64,000 nt of DNA from Cytophagales bacterium (GCA_013298805.1 JAAFIU010000003.1:49-64048), one strand, 5' to 3'; shown: positions 9,708-19,710, counted from the stretch's first letter. The notes: a model not told the origin generated them from the sequence alone. Made by a program: numbers and translations.

Positions 9708-11111
9708 TTAGTGTTGATAAACCTCCCAACCCATATAATTTTTAAATGCTTCTTTCAAAATACCCGCTGTTCTCGACGCATTCATTACTACATGATGCTC
9801 AAAACCGTTTCTACAAACGTATTGCATCAATTTTTGCAAGTCAGGAATTTTAGCAACCGCACGGTTTCCGAATGTTTTAAGGGCATCATCCGTAAGGTCA
9901 CCCTCACCTATATACGCCTTAATTATACCTTTTGAATCATCTGTACTCAAACGTCCATAAGTCAATGGCATAGCAGGCGTTCTACCGTCTAACGCTCCGT
10001 AAGTATTTTCTACGCCAACCGTTGTTCCTAAGATTGGAGCGTTACTAATTTCTATGTCTGGAAGGAATGATTTCGCCCAGTTTCCACAGTGGAATAAAAC
10101 GCATTTGTTTTCATCATCGGCATAATTATTATTCCAATCCACCAAAGCACTCGGCGAACCCGATGCTAATTGCATAGCATACATTGTCAAAGTTCCCGTA
10201 ACATCTACCTCACAAGCACTTGGAAGCATATTTTCCGACATCATACTCATGCTTGTACACACATTGCAACCATAATTTTGTTGTAAAGATGTCCAACATT
10301 GAATAGCCGTTGCGTCCAAAATATTTTCAGCCATGAAGTCGTTCAAAACCACATCCAATTTGGCAATTTGCACTAATGCTTCGCTTGGCGTTTTCCCCGT
10401 TTTGGCATAATTTGAAATTTTTTCCAAACGTTCTTTTACTACCGAATCATCCTTGGTCAATTTATTGGCTTTTCCAAGAATCTCCGAAAGGTCGCAAGTC
10501 ACCACAGAAATGCCGTTGCGTTGTAAGATTTTTTCACTGTAACGTACTGTATTAAAGGCAGTTGGCCTTGCTCCTATTGCTCCAATCCTAACGTTTCTTA
10601 AACCTTTTACTACTCTACAAACCGCCATGAAGTCTTTTAATTCTTGTTGAAAACCTGCATCCGAAGGACTCACTACGTGTTGCGAAGTCAACGAGAATTT
10701 AATGCCGTATTGGTATAAATTATTGCAAACCGAAATTTTTCCACACCAAGAATCACGTCTGCGAGCAACATCCAATTTATTCAAATCATCAGGATAACCT
10801 TGAATTAAAACAGGTACATTCAAATTTGCTAATTTCAATGTATCAGCTACGCCTTTTTCATCACCAAAATTGGGAAGAATTACTAAAACTCCCACAATTT
10901 CATCAGCGTGTTTTTTGAATAACGAAGCACATTTCTGAGCATCGTTAAATGTTTCAACGCCCCCTAATTTTGTATCATTACTATCCAATAAAATGGGCTT
11001 GATATTCATTTTCGTTAGCACTTCAATGATTTCCACACGTGCTAACTCCACTAAACTATCAGGGAAAAAATTACGATTCCCGATAATTACGCCTAAACTT
11101 AATTGTTTCAT
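9708..11111 (-). CDS. L-fucose/L-arabinose isomerase-family protein
   Basis: NFGDEKG, RRDSWCGK, AIQCW, ACEVD, FHCG, GFEHH motifs. Confidence 0.85.
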   Translation of the reverse strand: MKQLSLGVIIGNRNFFPDSLVELARVEIIEVLTKMNIKPILLDSNDTKLGGVETFNDAQKCASLFKKHADEIVGVLVILPNFGDEKGVADTLKLANLNVPVLIQGYPDDLNKLDVARRRDSWCGKISVCNNLYQYGIKFSLTSQHVVSPSDAGFQQELKDFMAVCRVVKGLRNVRIGAIGARPTAFNTVRYSEKILQRNGISVVTCDLSEILGKANKLTKDDSVVKERLEKISNYAKTGKTPSEALVQIAKLDVVLNDFMAENILDATAIQCWTSLQQNYGCNVCTSMSMMSENMLPSACEVDVTGTLTMYAMQLASGSPSALVDWNNNYADDENKCVLFHCGNWAKSFLPDIEISNAPILGTTVGVENTYGALDGRTPAMPLTYGRLSTDDSKGIIKAYIGEGDLTDDALKTFGNRAVAKIPDLQKLMQYVCRNGFEHHVVMNASRTAGILKEAFKNYMGWEVYQH

Positions 11112-11145
11112 ATTTTTAAAATAATCGTTTATCTATGTTGTTTTT

Positions 11146-12672
11146 TTACTTCCCAGTTACAACAACTCGCTGATAACGAGTCAATTGTGGCGTTCCATTG
11201 TCTTTTACTTCTAAAATCAAATGGATGGTTTCGCCTTTTTTAATATCGTTCGGCATTTTGAATGAGGCATTTTTACTGTCGGCATTTTGAATAGAAATTT
11301 TACTACTGTATGTATCCACTTCGTCATATTGCCACCAATGATAATTCAATTTATTGCCGTCGGGGTCGGTGGCAGTTCCGCTTAATTGTACGGTACTATT
11401 CGGAGCAACCGTCAATTTTGAAGCGGTGATTAATTTTACCTTTGGCTCGTGATTGGCATTTTTATAATCCTTTACGCACCAATCTGCCCGAGCGGCAAAA
11501 TCATTTTGAAGAGTCTCTAACCAACGTGTTTGAGCATACGCCAAGTCCATTTTTTGAGTAAATGGATTATAATCAGCCGCCGCTTCTCCATCTTCCCAGC
11601 GATTTGGAGCAATTCTCGACTGCACCAAACGACCACCCCAACCACCAATTTGTGGATTTTCGAGGTTTCCTAAACCAACATCAACTAAATGTAAAAATGC
11701 GGGAGAGTCGCCTTCTGAGATAAAATCGTATTGACCAAAACTTCCCCATTGATTCTTTTTGGCTTTTTCCATGCTACTGTAAATGTCATCAATTTCGCCC
11801 GCAGCAGGGTTGCCATCACCATAACTGTAATACATTTTTGTTAAAGCTCCGTGATTATTTATCACCTTCTCGCCCATAAATTTACTTTCCAAAAACGGAT
11901 GTAATTCCTTGGGAACAGCCGTTTTCCAGAAATACGCTAAACACCAAAACTGTTTTGAATTATAGTAAATTTTAATATCTTTCCAGTTTGCAGAAATATA
12001 CTTTTTGTAGGTAGCGTCTTGGTCGAGAATAGCATAAATAATGGCTTTTTTGCACACTTTCGCATAAATTTCTTGCCATTTAGCCGTGTTTTTATATTCG
12101 TCTTCGATTGATTTTAAGGCTCTGGCGATAGTATTTGTACCGCCCCAAACTTGCAAATAAAGCGGAGTCATGTCATCATCAAGCAATTTCTTTTTGATAA
12201 AATCTGAGCCATCCGTATTTTTTTCCATTTCACCTTCAAAATCAATATTCCCAATATGAACAAGGCTTTTTAAATGTGCAGAAGTAGGATAGCTATTTGA
12301 ATGCTTTTTCAAATTTGGATACACTTTTCCATAAGCATCAATCAAGTTATAAATCCAATCCGTACCGGGCCAACGCAACTCCGTTCTTTCACCGTACATT
12401 TTCTTAGTCATATCCATTTCAGAGGTAAACTTTGTACCTTTTCCATCGCCTTTATAATGCCACTGCGAACTTGAAATAACCAAACCTTCAATCCTAAATT
12501 CGTTGGAATAAAGCAGTAATCTGATGAATGAATCAACATCATCTAATTCACCATCAGTTGTTACAATGGTTCGGGTTTTTTCGCTATTGGGTGCTTTTTG
12601 AGAGAATATATGATAAGACGCTACGAGAAGAATTATTACCAGAAAGGTAGCAAATATTGGTTGTTTTTTCAT
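11146..12672 (-). CDS. DUF1593 (nucleoside-hydrolase-like) secreted protein with C-terminal Ig-like domain
   Basis: TTDGELDDVDS, WGGTNT, SEGDSPAFL, GGWGGR, NDFAARADW, NANHEP, LTRYQRV. Confidence 0.85.
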   Translation of the reverse strand: MKKQPIFATFLVIILLVASYHIFSQKAPNSEKTRTIVTTDGELDDVDSFIRLLLYSNEFRIEGLVISSSQWHYKGDGKGTKFTSEMDMTKKMYGERTELRWPGTDWIYNLIDAYGKVYPNLKKHSNSYPTSAHLKSLVHIGNIDFEGEMEKNTDGSDFIKKKLLDDDMTPLYLQVWGGTNTIARALKSIEDEYKNTAKWQEIYAKVCKKAIIYAILDQDATYKKYISANWKDIKIYYNSKQFWCLAYFWKTAVPKELHPFLESKFMGEKVINNHGALTKMYYSYGDGNPAAGEIDDIYSSMEKAKKNQWGSFGQYDFISEGDSPAFLHLVDVGLGNLENPQIGGWGGRLVQSRIAPNRWEDGEAAADYNPFTQKMDLAYAQTRWLETLQNDFAARADWCVKDYKNANHEPKVKLITASKLTVAPNSTVQLSGTATDPDGNKLNYHWWQYDEVDTYSSKISIQNADSKNASFKMPNDIKKGETIHLILEVKDNGTPQLTRYQRVVVTGK

Positions 12673-12886
12673 TTTGATGATTTTCAGGAGATTGTGTTAA
12701 ACAGCATCATGGATAAAATCCATAGACATCAAGTTTGCATAAAACTTATTCTTAATTGGTCATATAATACCGCTCTGTTTGGATTATACTCAGTAGTTTA
12801 GAGGGAATTATACAAGTACATTTTGAATAAATTTTAGATTTTCAACCACAAAAATTTGCGAACCTGATGTCTATAAATATTATCTT

Positions 12887-13657
12887 TTAATTGGCAAGAA
12901 TCAATTCTATTTCATTATCCTTAAAAACTTGCTTATATTTTTCTTCAATTCCTGCATCTGTAATGATGTAATCAATCAACGACAAAGCGCCTAAACTTGC
13001 TAAAGCTTTTTTGCCAATTTTAGTGCTATCTGCCACTAAATAAGTAACTTCGGCGGCATCAATCATCGCTTTTTTAACTACTAAATCACTGATACTTGGG
13101 TATGTCAAACCCGATTTAAGCGATATTCCAGCGGTGGCCAAAAACAGTTTTTGCACATTTAATCCTTTGAAAAAATCGGCAGCTTTTTGCCCAGTCAATG
13201 AAAGTGTTGGTGGTTTAAACTCCCCTCCTGTCATGATTACTTCAATACCAGATTCCGTTCCTAACATCAAGGCAATATTCAAAGCATTGGTTATGACCGT
13301 TAAATTTTTTAACCCTTTCAGTTTTTTGGCAATTTCGGTAGTTGTACTGCCCGAATCCAGAATAATGGTATCGCCGCTTTCAATAAATTCTAAACACTTT
13401 TGGGCAATTCGTTCTTTTTTATCGAGATTTTCTTGGTGAACTAATGAAAAACTTCGCACTTGGTCTTCTACATTTTTGAGGTATGCCCCGCCATGTTCTT
13501 TGATTATTAGCCCTTCGCTTTCAAGTTTTTCTAAGTCCTGACGAATCGTAACTTCTGTTACTTTAAAAAGTCTTGATAAATCCACAACTTTTGCAGAACC
13601 ATCTTCTTTTAGAAGTTCTAAAATCTTATCTCGACGCTGATTTGGTAATATTGCCAT
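12887..13657 (-). CDS. DeoR/GlpR-family transcriptional regulator
   Basis: HTH VTEVTIRQDLEKLE; ILDSGSTT; ITNAL. Confidence 0.95.
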   Translation of the reverse strand: MAILPNQRRDKILELLKEDGSAKVVDLSRLFKVTEVTIRQDLEKLESEGLIIKEHGGAYLKNVEDQVRSFSLVHQENLDKKERIAQKCLEFIESGDTIILDSGSTTTEIAKKLKGLKNLTVITNALNIALMLGTESGIEVIMTGGEFKPPTLSLTGQKAADFFKGLNVQKLFLATAGISLKSGLTYPSISDLVVKKAMIDAAEVTYLVADSTKIGKKALASLGALSLIDYIITDAGIEEKYKQVFKDNEIELILAN

Positions 13658-14007
13658 AATTTTGAATCAAATTTAAAAGAAATAAATCGAAAACAAAAAC
13701 AAATAAAAGAAAATAAAAGATAGTTTTTTGAAAAATAAGCATCATTTAATTTAGTTCAATCTTCGATTATTTCAATTTTATATGAAATTTAGTAAAAATT
13801 CATAATTAGTATATTAAAATCCTCAAATAAAAATTATGGTCAATCGATTTACGAAAACGTGACTCAATACTACCTTTATGAAAATTTCAAAATAAAATAA
13901 TATCATTTGTTAAGAAAAGTATGGGCTTTCAGTCCGTATTAAATCACTATCGTTTTTCCAGACCGATATATTAGATTAAAATATTATTTTTGTAAAAAAC
14001 CATATTT

Positions 14008-14742
14008 ATGTCAACAAAAATTATAATTGAAATAGCCACTTTTGCCTTGATTCCAGTAATCACCATGAATTTAGGCGGAATCATTGCCCTAATTCGTCAG
14101 CCAAGTGGGTCTGTAAGAAGCATGATTTTACACTTTGCTGCTGGAGTTGTTTTTTCGGTGGTAGCTGTCGAGATTTTACCCGATATTGTAAAAGAACACC
14201 AACCTTTAATGGTAATAATTGGGTTTTCGTTAGGACTTATTACGATGCTCGCCATTAAAAGATTTTCAGAAAGTAAAACTGGCGAACAAGTAAATATTAA
14301 CGAGAGCAAATTACCCCTAAGTTTATTAGTTGCGGTGGGGGTTGATATTTTTATTGATGGACTGTTATTGGGAATCAGCTTTAATGCAGGCAAAAAAGAA
14401 GGGCTACTATTGGCAATTGCCTTAGGCTTAGAATTATTATCTCTGGGAATTGCCACTGCTACGGAGCTGAGACAAAGCAAATTAAGCAAAGGAAAAACGA
14501 TTGGTTTAATTTTTGGATTAACCATGATTTTCTTTAGCAGTGCAGTTTTAGGCTCTTCATTATTAAGTAGTTTATCGCCTCAATATCTTGAAATTGTGCT
14601 TTCATTTGGCTTGTCTGCTTTGCTATTTTTAGTTACTGAAGAATTGCTTTTGGAGGCTCACGAAGAAGAAGAAACGGCTTGGCATACTGCTATATTCTTC
14701 TTTGGATTCTTATTGTTTTTGATTCTGGGAATGGTCGTTTAA
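14008..14742 (+). CDS. ZIP-family (ZupT-like) divalent metal transporter
   Basis: HFAAGVV, DIFIDGLLLG, LVTEELLLEAHE; multiple TM helices. Confidence 0.8.
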   Translation: MSTKIIIEIATFALIPVITMNLGGIIALIRQPSGSVRSMILHFAAGVVFSVVAVEILPDIVKEHQPLMVIIGFSLGLITMLAIKRFSESKTGEQVNINESKLPLSLLVAVGVDIFIDGLLLGISFNAGKKEGLLLAIALGLELLSLGIATATELRQSKLSKGKTIGLIFGLTMIFFSSAVLGSSLLSSLSPQYLEIVLSFGLSALLFLVTEELLLEAHEEEETAWHTAIFFFGFLLFLILGMVV

Positions 14743-14759
14743 ACAGATTGTTTAAGTAA

Positions 14760-14890
14760 TTCTACTTTGGCACTTTAAAAATAAAGGTGAGAATTTAGGT
14801 GTTTCTCCTTCAACATCCAGAAAGTTTAAAACTTTCTGGATGTCTCTCCAAGTTAAAATTAGTTCATTTCTTTAAAGTGCCAAAGTAGAA
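14760..14890. mobile_element. MITE-like element with 20-bp perfect terminal inverted repeats enclosing a REP-like palindrome
   Basis: TTCTACTTTGGCACTTTAAA / TTTAAAGTGCCAAAGTAGAA; inner ACATCCAGAAAGTTT-A-AAACTTTCTGGATGT at 14813-14843. Confidence 0.65.
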
Positions 14891-15182
14891 GTAAGTAATT
14901 TGTCAAAATAAAGCACCATTTTTTAATTTCATAATTCATTGATAATCGAGGCAATGGCAATCGTAAATTTCAATTGTTACAGCGAAACGTTCTTAAATTG
15001 TCAAAATACTTACTTCCTCTGATTTTTTGTGGTTTTTATGACTTACTTTTTGGCTCACTTCATTATTTCCTGTTTGAGCAAAAGTGGCAAACGCTACCGA
15101 AAACGAACAAGTCAGAATCAAAATTATTTTTCCTGCCAAAAAAGAATAAAAGTTTAATGAGGTAGTTTTCAAAATTATTTTC

Positions 15183-16256
15183 TCAATCTGGAATAAACAG
15201 ATTGCCACTACTTAATAATCTTGCCGTCCTCAGTACACCAGATTTATGTACTGTTATTGCTTCATTGTTGAATTCATAGTCCAAATTCACCGTAAATTCT
15301 CCAGAAGGATGTTCTATACTCAAATTTGAATTTTTGGTGTTGTAGTTTGAAACTCCTTTTGTGACCGTATGCGGAATAACACAAGCCGTTGCCACAGAAA
15401 CTGCCGCTAAAACACCAATTGCTTCGTGTACTACGTGCGGAATGAACATTCTTGTATTGATAATTCCACCATTTTCGGGAGGAGAAACTATGCACATTTT
15501 GGGAATTGTTTGCTGACTTACATCCCCCAAATTCATTAAAAAACCTGCTTTGAGTCTAATTTGTTCAATTTTTTGTCTCAAGGATTCATTGGCTTCCAAA
15601 GTCTCTTTACTTTCATTACCCACTAAACCCAAGTCAGTAGCTCGCATCAAAATAATGGGCATTCCGTTGTCAATACAAGTGATTTCAACGCCGTCAATGT
15701 TGTCTTTCGAGTTCCCTGTTGGTAATAATGTTCCGCAAGTTGAACCAACAGTTTCTAAATAATTGCAAATAATAGGTGCTGATGTGCCAACTACGCCATC
15801 TACTTTGGCATCGCCTGCGTATTGAACTTTCCCATTTGGGGTTTGGACAACAACTTCACAAATTCCTCCCGTATTTACGATGTTGATTTTTGCAGATGTT
15901 AATGGTTCTGTTGCTTTAATCATGCCAGATTCAATAGCGAAAGGTAGCACACCCGCCAAAATATTTCCGCAAGTTTGGGTTAATGAAACTTTCCCTTTTC
16001 CAACAACAACTTGAACAAAAAGATAGTCCAAATCGGATAATTGACTTTGAGATTTACTAATGATAGCGACTTTACTGCTTAGCGAATTTGCTCCGCCCAA
16101 ACCATCAATTTGTCGTGGGTCGCCCTCAGTAGTGCCTTCCATTGCTAAAAGCAAATAGTGATTTCTTTCTGCTTCGTCAGCTGGGAGGTCTTCGGCTTTG
16201 AAATATAATCCTTTTGAACTTCCCCCTCTAAATTGCATGAATGGAATGGCTTTCAT
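15183..16256 (-). CDS. galD: 4-oxalomesaconate tautomerase (PrpF family)
   Basis: RGGSSKG, DPRQIDGLGGA, CGNILAGV, IDNGMP, HEAIGVL, IEHPSG, RTAR. Confidence 0.85.
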   Translation of the reverse strand: MKAIPFMQFRGGSSKGLYFKAEDLPADEAERNHYLLLAMEGTTEGDPRQIDGLGGANSLSSKVAIISKSQSQLSDLDYLFVQVVVGKGKVSLTQTCGNILAGVLPFAIESGMIKATEPLTSAKINIVNTGGICEVVVQTPNGKVQYAGDAKVDGVVGTSAPIICNYLETVGSTCGTLLPTGNSKDNIDGVEITCIDNGMPIILMRATDLGLVGNESKETLEANESLRQKIEQIRLKAGFLMNLGDVSQQTIPKMCIVSPPENGGIINTRMFIPHVVHEAIGVLAAVSVATACVIPHTVTKGVSNYNTKNSNLSIEHPSGEFTVNLDYEFNNEAITVHKSGVLRTARLLSSGNLFIPD

Positions 16257-16327
16257 ATTAGTGCGTAATGTTAAGTGTGTAATGATTTATTTGGGAAGAA
16301 GAGTTTGTAATCATGACGAATTAACCA

Positions 16328-17107
16328 TTACTCATTCAAACTCAGCTTTTCCAAATTATTTCTTGTACCTTTTGTTACGATTGGCTCAATTCCTTGTGCC
16401 TCTAACATCTCAATAACTGCGTCCATTTCGTGCATACGTCGTACTGCGTGGGTGCGACTTCCTTCCACAAAACGGTCAATAAGCTCATTCTTCCCTCCAA
16501 TTAATGACCCGATTTGTTCACGCATATACGTTTCCATGCCAAAAGATTCTCCTGCTTGCATGGCTTCACAAACTACGGCAGCAATACCCTTATAAACGAT
16601 TGAACGCAATAATTTTCGGGTGGCGGCATCTCCAATTTTACTATTTTCGAGAACCGATAAATCAAGATTTAATGTTTTTACTTTTTCCGAAAAGTCATTT
16701 GCAAATTCTCCCGATGCCAATAACGGCGTCATCATTCCTTTTGGCGGAACGGGTGCCATTATGGCTAAATCTATAATTTTTACGCCTGAAGGTGCTAAAA
16801 TGGAAGCTATTTTTTGCTTTTTTTTTGGGCCAGAAGTATTCATTTCACAGAAAAATTGATGTGGCCTTAAAACGTCAACTAATTCTTCCGCAATTTCTTC
16901 AGAAACTGAAGATAAATTGGCACTAAAAATTATATCTGCATTTTGAGTCGCTTTCGCATTACTTTCTGCCACAACAATAGATGGATGTAATACTCGAATT
17001 GGCTTTGGGTCAAATCCTACAACTTCTACACCCAAATTTACCAAATCATTGGCAAAATGACTTCCTGCTTCTCCTAAGCCTAAAACGGCTATTTTTAAAA
17101 TACTCAT
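16328..17107 (-). CDS. NAD(P)-dependent oxidoreductase (6PGDH/3-hydroxyisobutyrate dehydrogenase-like)
   Basis: GLGEAG Rossmann motif, AIMAPVPP, KLLRSIVYKG, HAVRRMHEM. Confidence 0.8.
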   Translation of the reverse strand: MSILKIAVLGLGEAGSHFANDLVNLGVEVVGFDPKPIRVLHPSIVVAESNAKATQNADIIFSANLSSVSEEIAEELVDVLRPHQFFCEMNTSGPKKKQKIASILAPSGVKIIDLAIMAPVPPKGMMTPLLASGEFANDFSEKVKTLNLDLSVLENSKIGDAATRKLLRSIVYKGIAAVVCEAMQAGESFGMETYMREQIGSLIGGKNELIDRFVEGSRTHAVRRMHEMDAVIEMLEAQGIEPIVTKGTRNNLEKLSLNE

Positions 17108-17122
17108 AATTTATTGCAGATT

Positions 17123-17734
17123 TTAAAATCCAAATTTCTCATCCCAACCATAAACTTTGATTGACGAAAATCCCTTTCTCAATTCTGTTCTTGTACGTTC
17201 TTCTTTGGCTTCTCGTGCTATGGCTTTTTCAATGGTTTCTTCTATTTTAGCGAAAGGAACAACCACAACACCATCACGGTCACCAACAATAATATCCCCA
17301 GGATTAATCAAAACTTCACCGATAATAATGGGTTCGTTAAGTGTGCCGTCGCCATGATTTGACGTTCCTCGAATACACAAACCTCTTGAAAAAACAGGAA
17401 AACTCATGGCTTCAATATCGTCAGCATCTCTTACGCAACCATCAATGACTAAGCCATTAATTCCTTTGGTTTTAGCCCCGAGACTCATCAAATCACCCCA
17501 ATAACCAGCTTCGTAAAATCCTGAACAATTGACAATTAGCACATCGCCAGCATTGGCATAAGCATACGCACGATGTAACAAAACATTGTCTCTTGGCATG
17601 GTTTGAACGGTATAAGCTGGGCCACAAACCTTCATATTTGACGCAATCGGCTTGATGCCAGACGGTAGATATCCTTTATTGCCAAGGGCTTCGCAAATGG
17701 TTGCAGCTGAGAATTTTGAAAGCTCTTTGTACAT
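17123..17734 (-). CDS. galC: HMG/CHA aldolase (RraA family)
   Basis: GPAYTV, WGDLM, IDGCVRD, PGDIIVGDRDGVVVVP; neighbours galB/galD. Confidence 0.8.
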   Translation of the reverse strand: MYKELSKFSAATICEALGNKGYLPSGIKPIASNMKVCGPAYTVQTMPRDNVLLHRAYAYANAGDVLIVNCSGFYEAGYWGDLMSLGAKTKGINGLVIDGCVRDADDIEAMSFPVFSRGLCIRGTSNHGDGTLNEPIIIGEVLINPGDIIVGDRDGVVVVPFAKIEETIEKAIAREAKEERTRTELRKGFSSIKVYGWDEKFGF

Positions 17735-17735
17735 T

Positions 17736-17799
17736 TTGGAAATTGGTTACTGGAAATTGGTTTATTGGTTATGAGGGATTTACTAATAACCAATCACTA
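17736..17799. repeat. Heptamer-arm palindromic element (TTGGWWA type)
   Basis: TTGGAAA TTGGTTA CTGGAAA TTGGTTT ... TTACTAA TAACCAA TCACTAA; fills the intergenic gap. Confidence 0.65.
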
Positions 17800-18552
17800 A
17801 AAAATACTATTCATTACTCTTGGTAAATGACTTTGATGTGCTTCAGCATATTTCACCTCTTTTTTACCAGAAATTCTACGGGCATGATTGGCTCTTCTTC
17901 CGCCTAATTCGGTATAATAATCGACAAGGTATTTTTGAGCTCCCATACAATTCATAGCGGCAATTTTTTTCCCAAATACCGAAGAAATATCTATAAATGT
18001 ATCAGGTAAAAACTCGCAAATTTCTGGCTGATGCGGTTCAAATGAATACCACATGGGTGGGTCAATATTTTTGAAAGCACTTGCTACACCTGCTCCACAC
18101 GATAATAATCTCGCTCTTTCTGTTGCTTGATAAGCCAAAGGATGGTCGGGATTAAATGGGTCTTTGGCAGTGTGTGTTAAAATAACCGTTGGCTCAAAAT
18201 CACCAATAATTTTGGTTAGTTGGGCAATTCTTTCATTAGAAATTAACATGGGATAATCCCCCCAATCCAAAAACTGAATGGGAGTTCCAAAAATGTCTGC
18301 CGCTTGTTGTGCTTGTGCTTTTCGGATGATTTTCACACTTTCTTCGGTACGATTGGGGTCTTCTTTCCAAAGTTCACCCGATTCTCCTCTTTCACCAAAA
18401 GAAAGGCAAACGACTAATGTTTCAGCACCATCTTCCACCGCTTTTGCGATTGTACCACCTGCACGCCAGACAAAATCAGCAGAATGAGCAGAAATTATTA
18501 ATAGTTTATTCTTTAGTGATGAGTGATGAGCGATGAGTGATAAGTTTTCCAT
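17797..18552 (-). CDS. galB: 4-oxalomesaconate hydratase (PIG-L/LmbE family)
   Basis: ISAHSADFVWRAGG, LSFGERGESGELWK, DPFNPDHP, FEPHQPE. Likely start is MENL at 18552. Confidence 0.9.
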   Translation of the reverse strand: MENLSLIAHHSSLKNKLLIISAHSADFVWRAGGTIAKAVEDGAETLVVCLSFGERGESGELWKEDPNRTEESVKIIRKAQAQQAADIFGTPIQFLDWGDYPMLISNERIAQLTKIIGDFEPTVILTHTAKDPFNPDHPLAYQATERARLLSCGAGVASAFKNIDPPMWYSFEPHQPEICEFLPDTFIDISSVFGKKIAAMNCMGAQKYLVDYYTELGGRRANHARRISGKKEVKYAEAHQSHLPRVMNSIF

Positions 18553-18639
18553 ATAATTATACTTTTTGATATTTGAAAGTGATTTTAACCTTGAATTAGA
18601 TGTACTCAAAATTGCTAATCGTTCATAACTCATAATTCA
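18513..18639. repeat. Heptamer-arm palindromic element overlapping the galB start
   Basis: TTAGTGATGAGTGATGAGCGATGAGTGATAAG ... CTAATCGTTCATAACTCATAATTCA. Confidence 0.7.
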
Positions 18640-18658
18640 GCGAAACGTCGCACCGCAC

Positions 18659-19615
18659 TCAAATAAGCTCTTCTGGCATTGGCGTTCCTCTGGTATGGAA
18701 ACTTTCAACGGTTTTAAGTCCCCAGGCTTGTCCTTTCATGCGTTCTTCTTTGCTCCAAACAACCGTTTCGTAGTCTGGGTCAAGGATTAAACGGGCAGTT
18801 GGATTGGCAATTTCAATGCGATTTCCCCCAGGTTCATAGAGATACAGAAAAAAGGTTTGCTGAATGGCGTGTTTATGTGGCCCAGTTTCGATAAATACTC
18901 CATTTTCAAGGGCAATATCTGCCGCCAAAAGCACTTCTTCCCTGCTATTTACTGCATAAGTAAGGTGATGAAAACGACCCGAAAGTCCCAAATGGTCTTC
19001 AGTAATAGCTAAATCGTAAGACTTTGAATTGACAGAAACCCAAACACCTTTGGGTTCTCCGTCAAAAATAATGGTTTCGGACATTCTGCCGCCCAAAACT
19101 CCAAATTGAAAATCTCTAAATGCCACAATATCTCTTGCCAAAAGATTCAAATGGTCAATTCTTCTGACATTCATACCTCGCCCTGGAAACTTACTGGCGG
19201 TGTTTTTCAATGCTGATTTATTTTCACCTTCGGCTTTGTATTTATTTGACTCAAAATAAAGTTCGCAAACGTGTCCATCGGGGTATCTAAATTTATAAGC
19301 TTTTCCGTAACCACATTCGTGGTCTTCCCAACCAATTCCTAAACCTTTTGCTTGAATAGCTTTTGCTCTATTTTCAAGCGATTGTTGACTTCGAGTTCGC
19401 CAAGCAAAATGCCCAATTCCCGAATGTCTGTGAGCAGTAAGTTTCAGAGAATGATGTTCATAATCGTCATACGCACGAAGATAGGCGGAGTCTCCTTTTA
19501 TTTCAGAAATCGACAGTCCCAGAATTTCCGTAAAAAAACGAATACTTTCATCCAATTTTGGCGTGAGTAATTCAACGTGTGCGAGATGGGCAAGATCCCA
19601 AGTGATATTCTCCAT
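18659..19615 (-). CDS. VOC-family (type I) extradiol ring-cleavage dioxygenase, catechol 2,3-dioxygenase-like
   Basis: HLAHVELLTP, RRIDHLN, FHHLTY, GPHKH, LYLYEPGGNRIE (2-His-1-Glu facial triad). Confidence 0.9.
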   Translation of the reverse strand: MENITWDLAHLAHVELLTPKLDESIRFFTEILGLSISEIKGDSAYLRAYDDYEHHSLKLTAHRHSGIGHFAWRTRSQQSLENRAKAIQAKGLGIGWEDHECGYGKAYKFRYPDGHVCELYFESNKYKAEGENKSALKNTASKFPGRGMNVRRIDHLNLLARDIVAFRDFQFGVLGGRMSETIIFDGEPKGVWVSVNSKSYDLAITEDHLGLSGRFHHLTYAVNSREEVLLAADIALENGVFIETGPHKHAIQQTFFLYLYEPGGNRIEIANPTARLILDPDYETVVWSKEERMKGQAWGLKTVESFHTRGTPMPEELI

Positions 19616-19710
19616 TTATTAATGGTTTAATTTGATTACAAATTTGGGGGTATTCAGTGTAAAAGTTGGAAACTATTATTACTTTTATGGATAAAAATCG
19701 AACATTTTGT

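Noticed and set aside
14993-15208. 71-aa minus-strand ORF with a signal-peptide-like stretch
   Set aside because: It overlaps the galD end, has no recognisable domain and stops early. It may be a gene remnant but cannot be supported.
18553-18633. N-terminal extension of galB in the ORF track
   Set aside because: It starts inside a heptamer repeat arm; homology begins near KLLIISAHSAD, so 18552 is the more plausible start.
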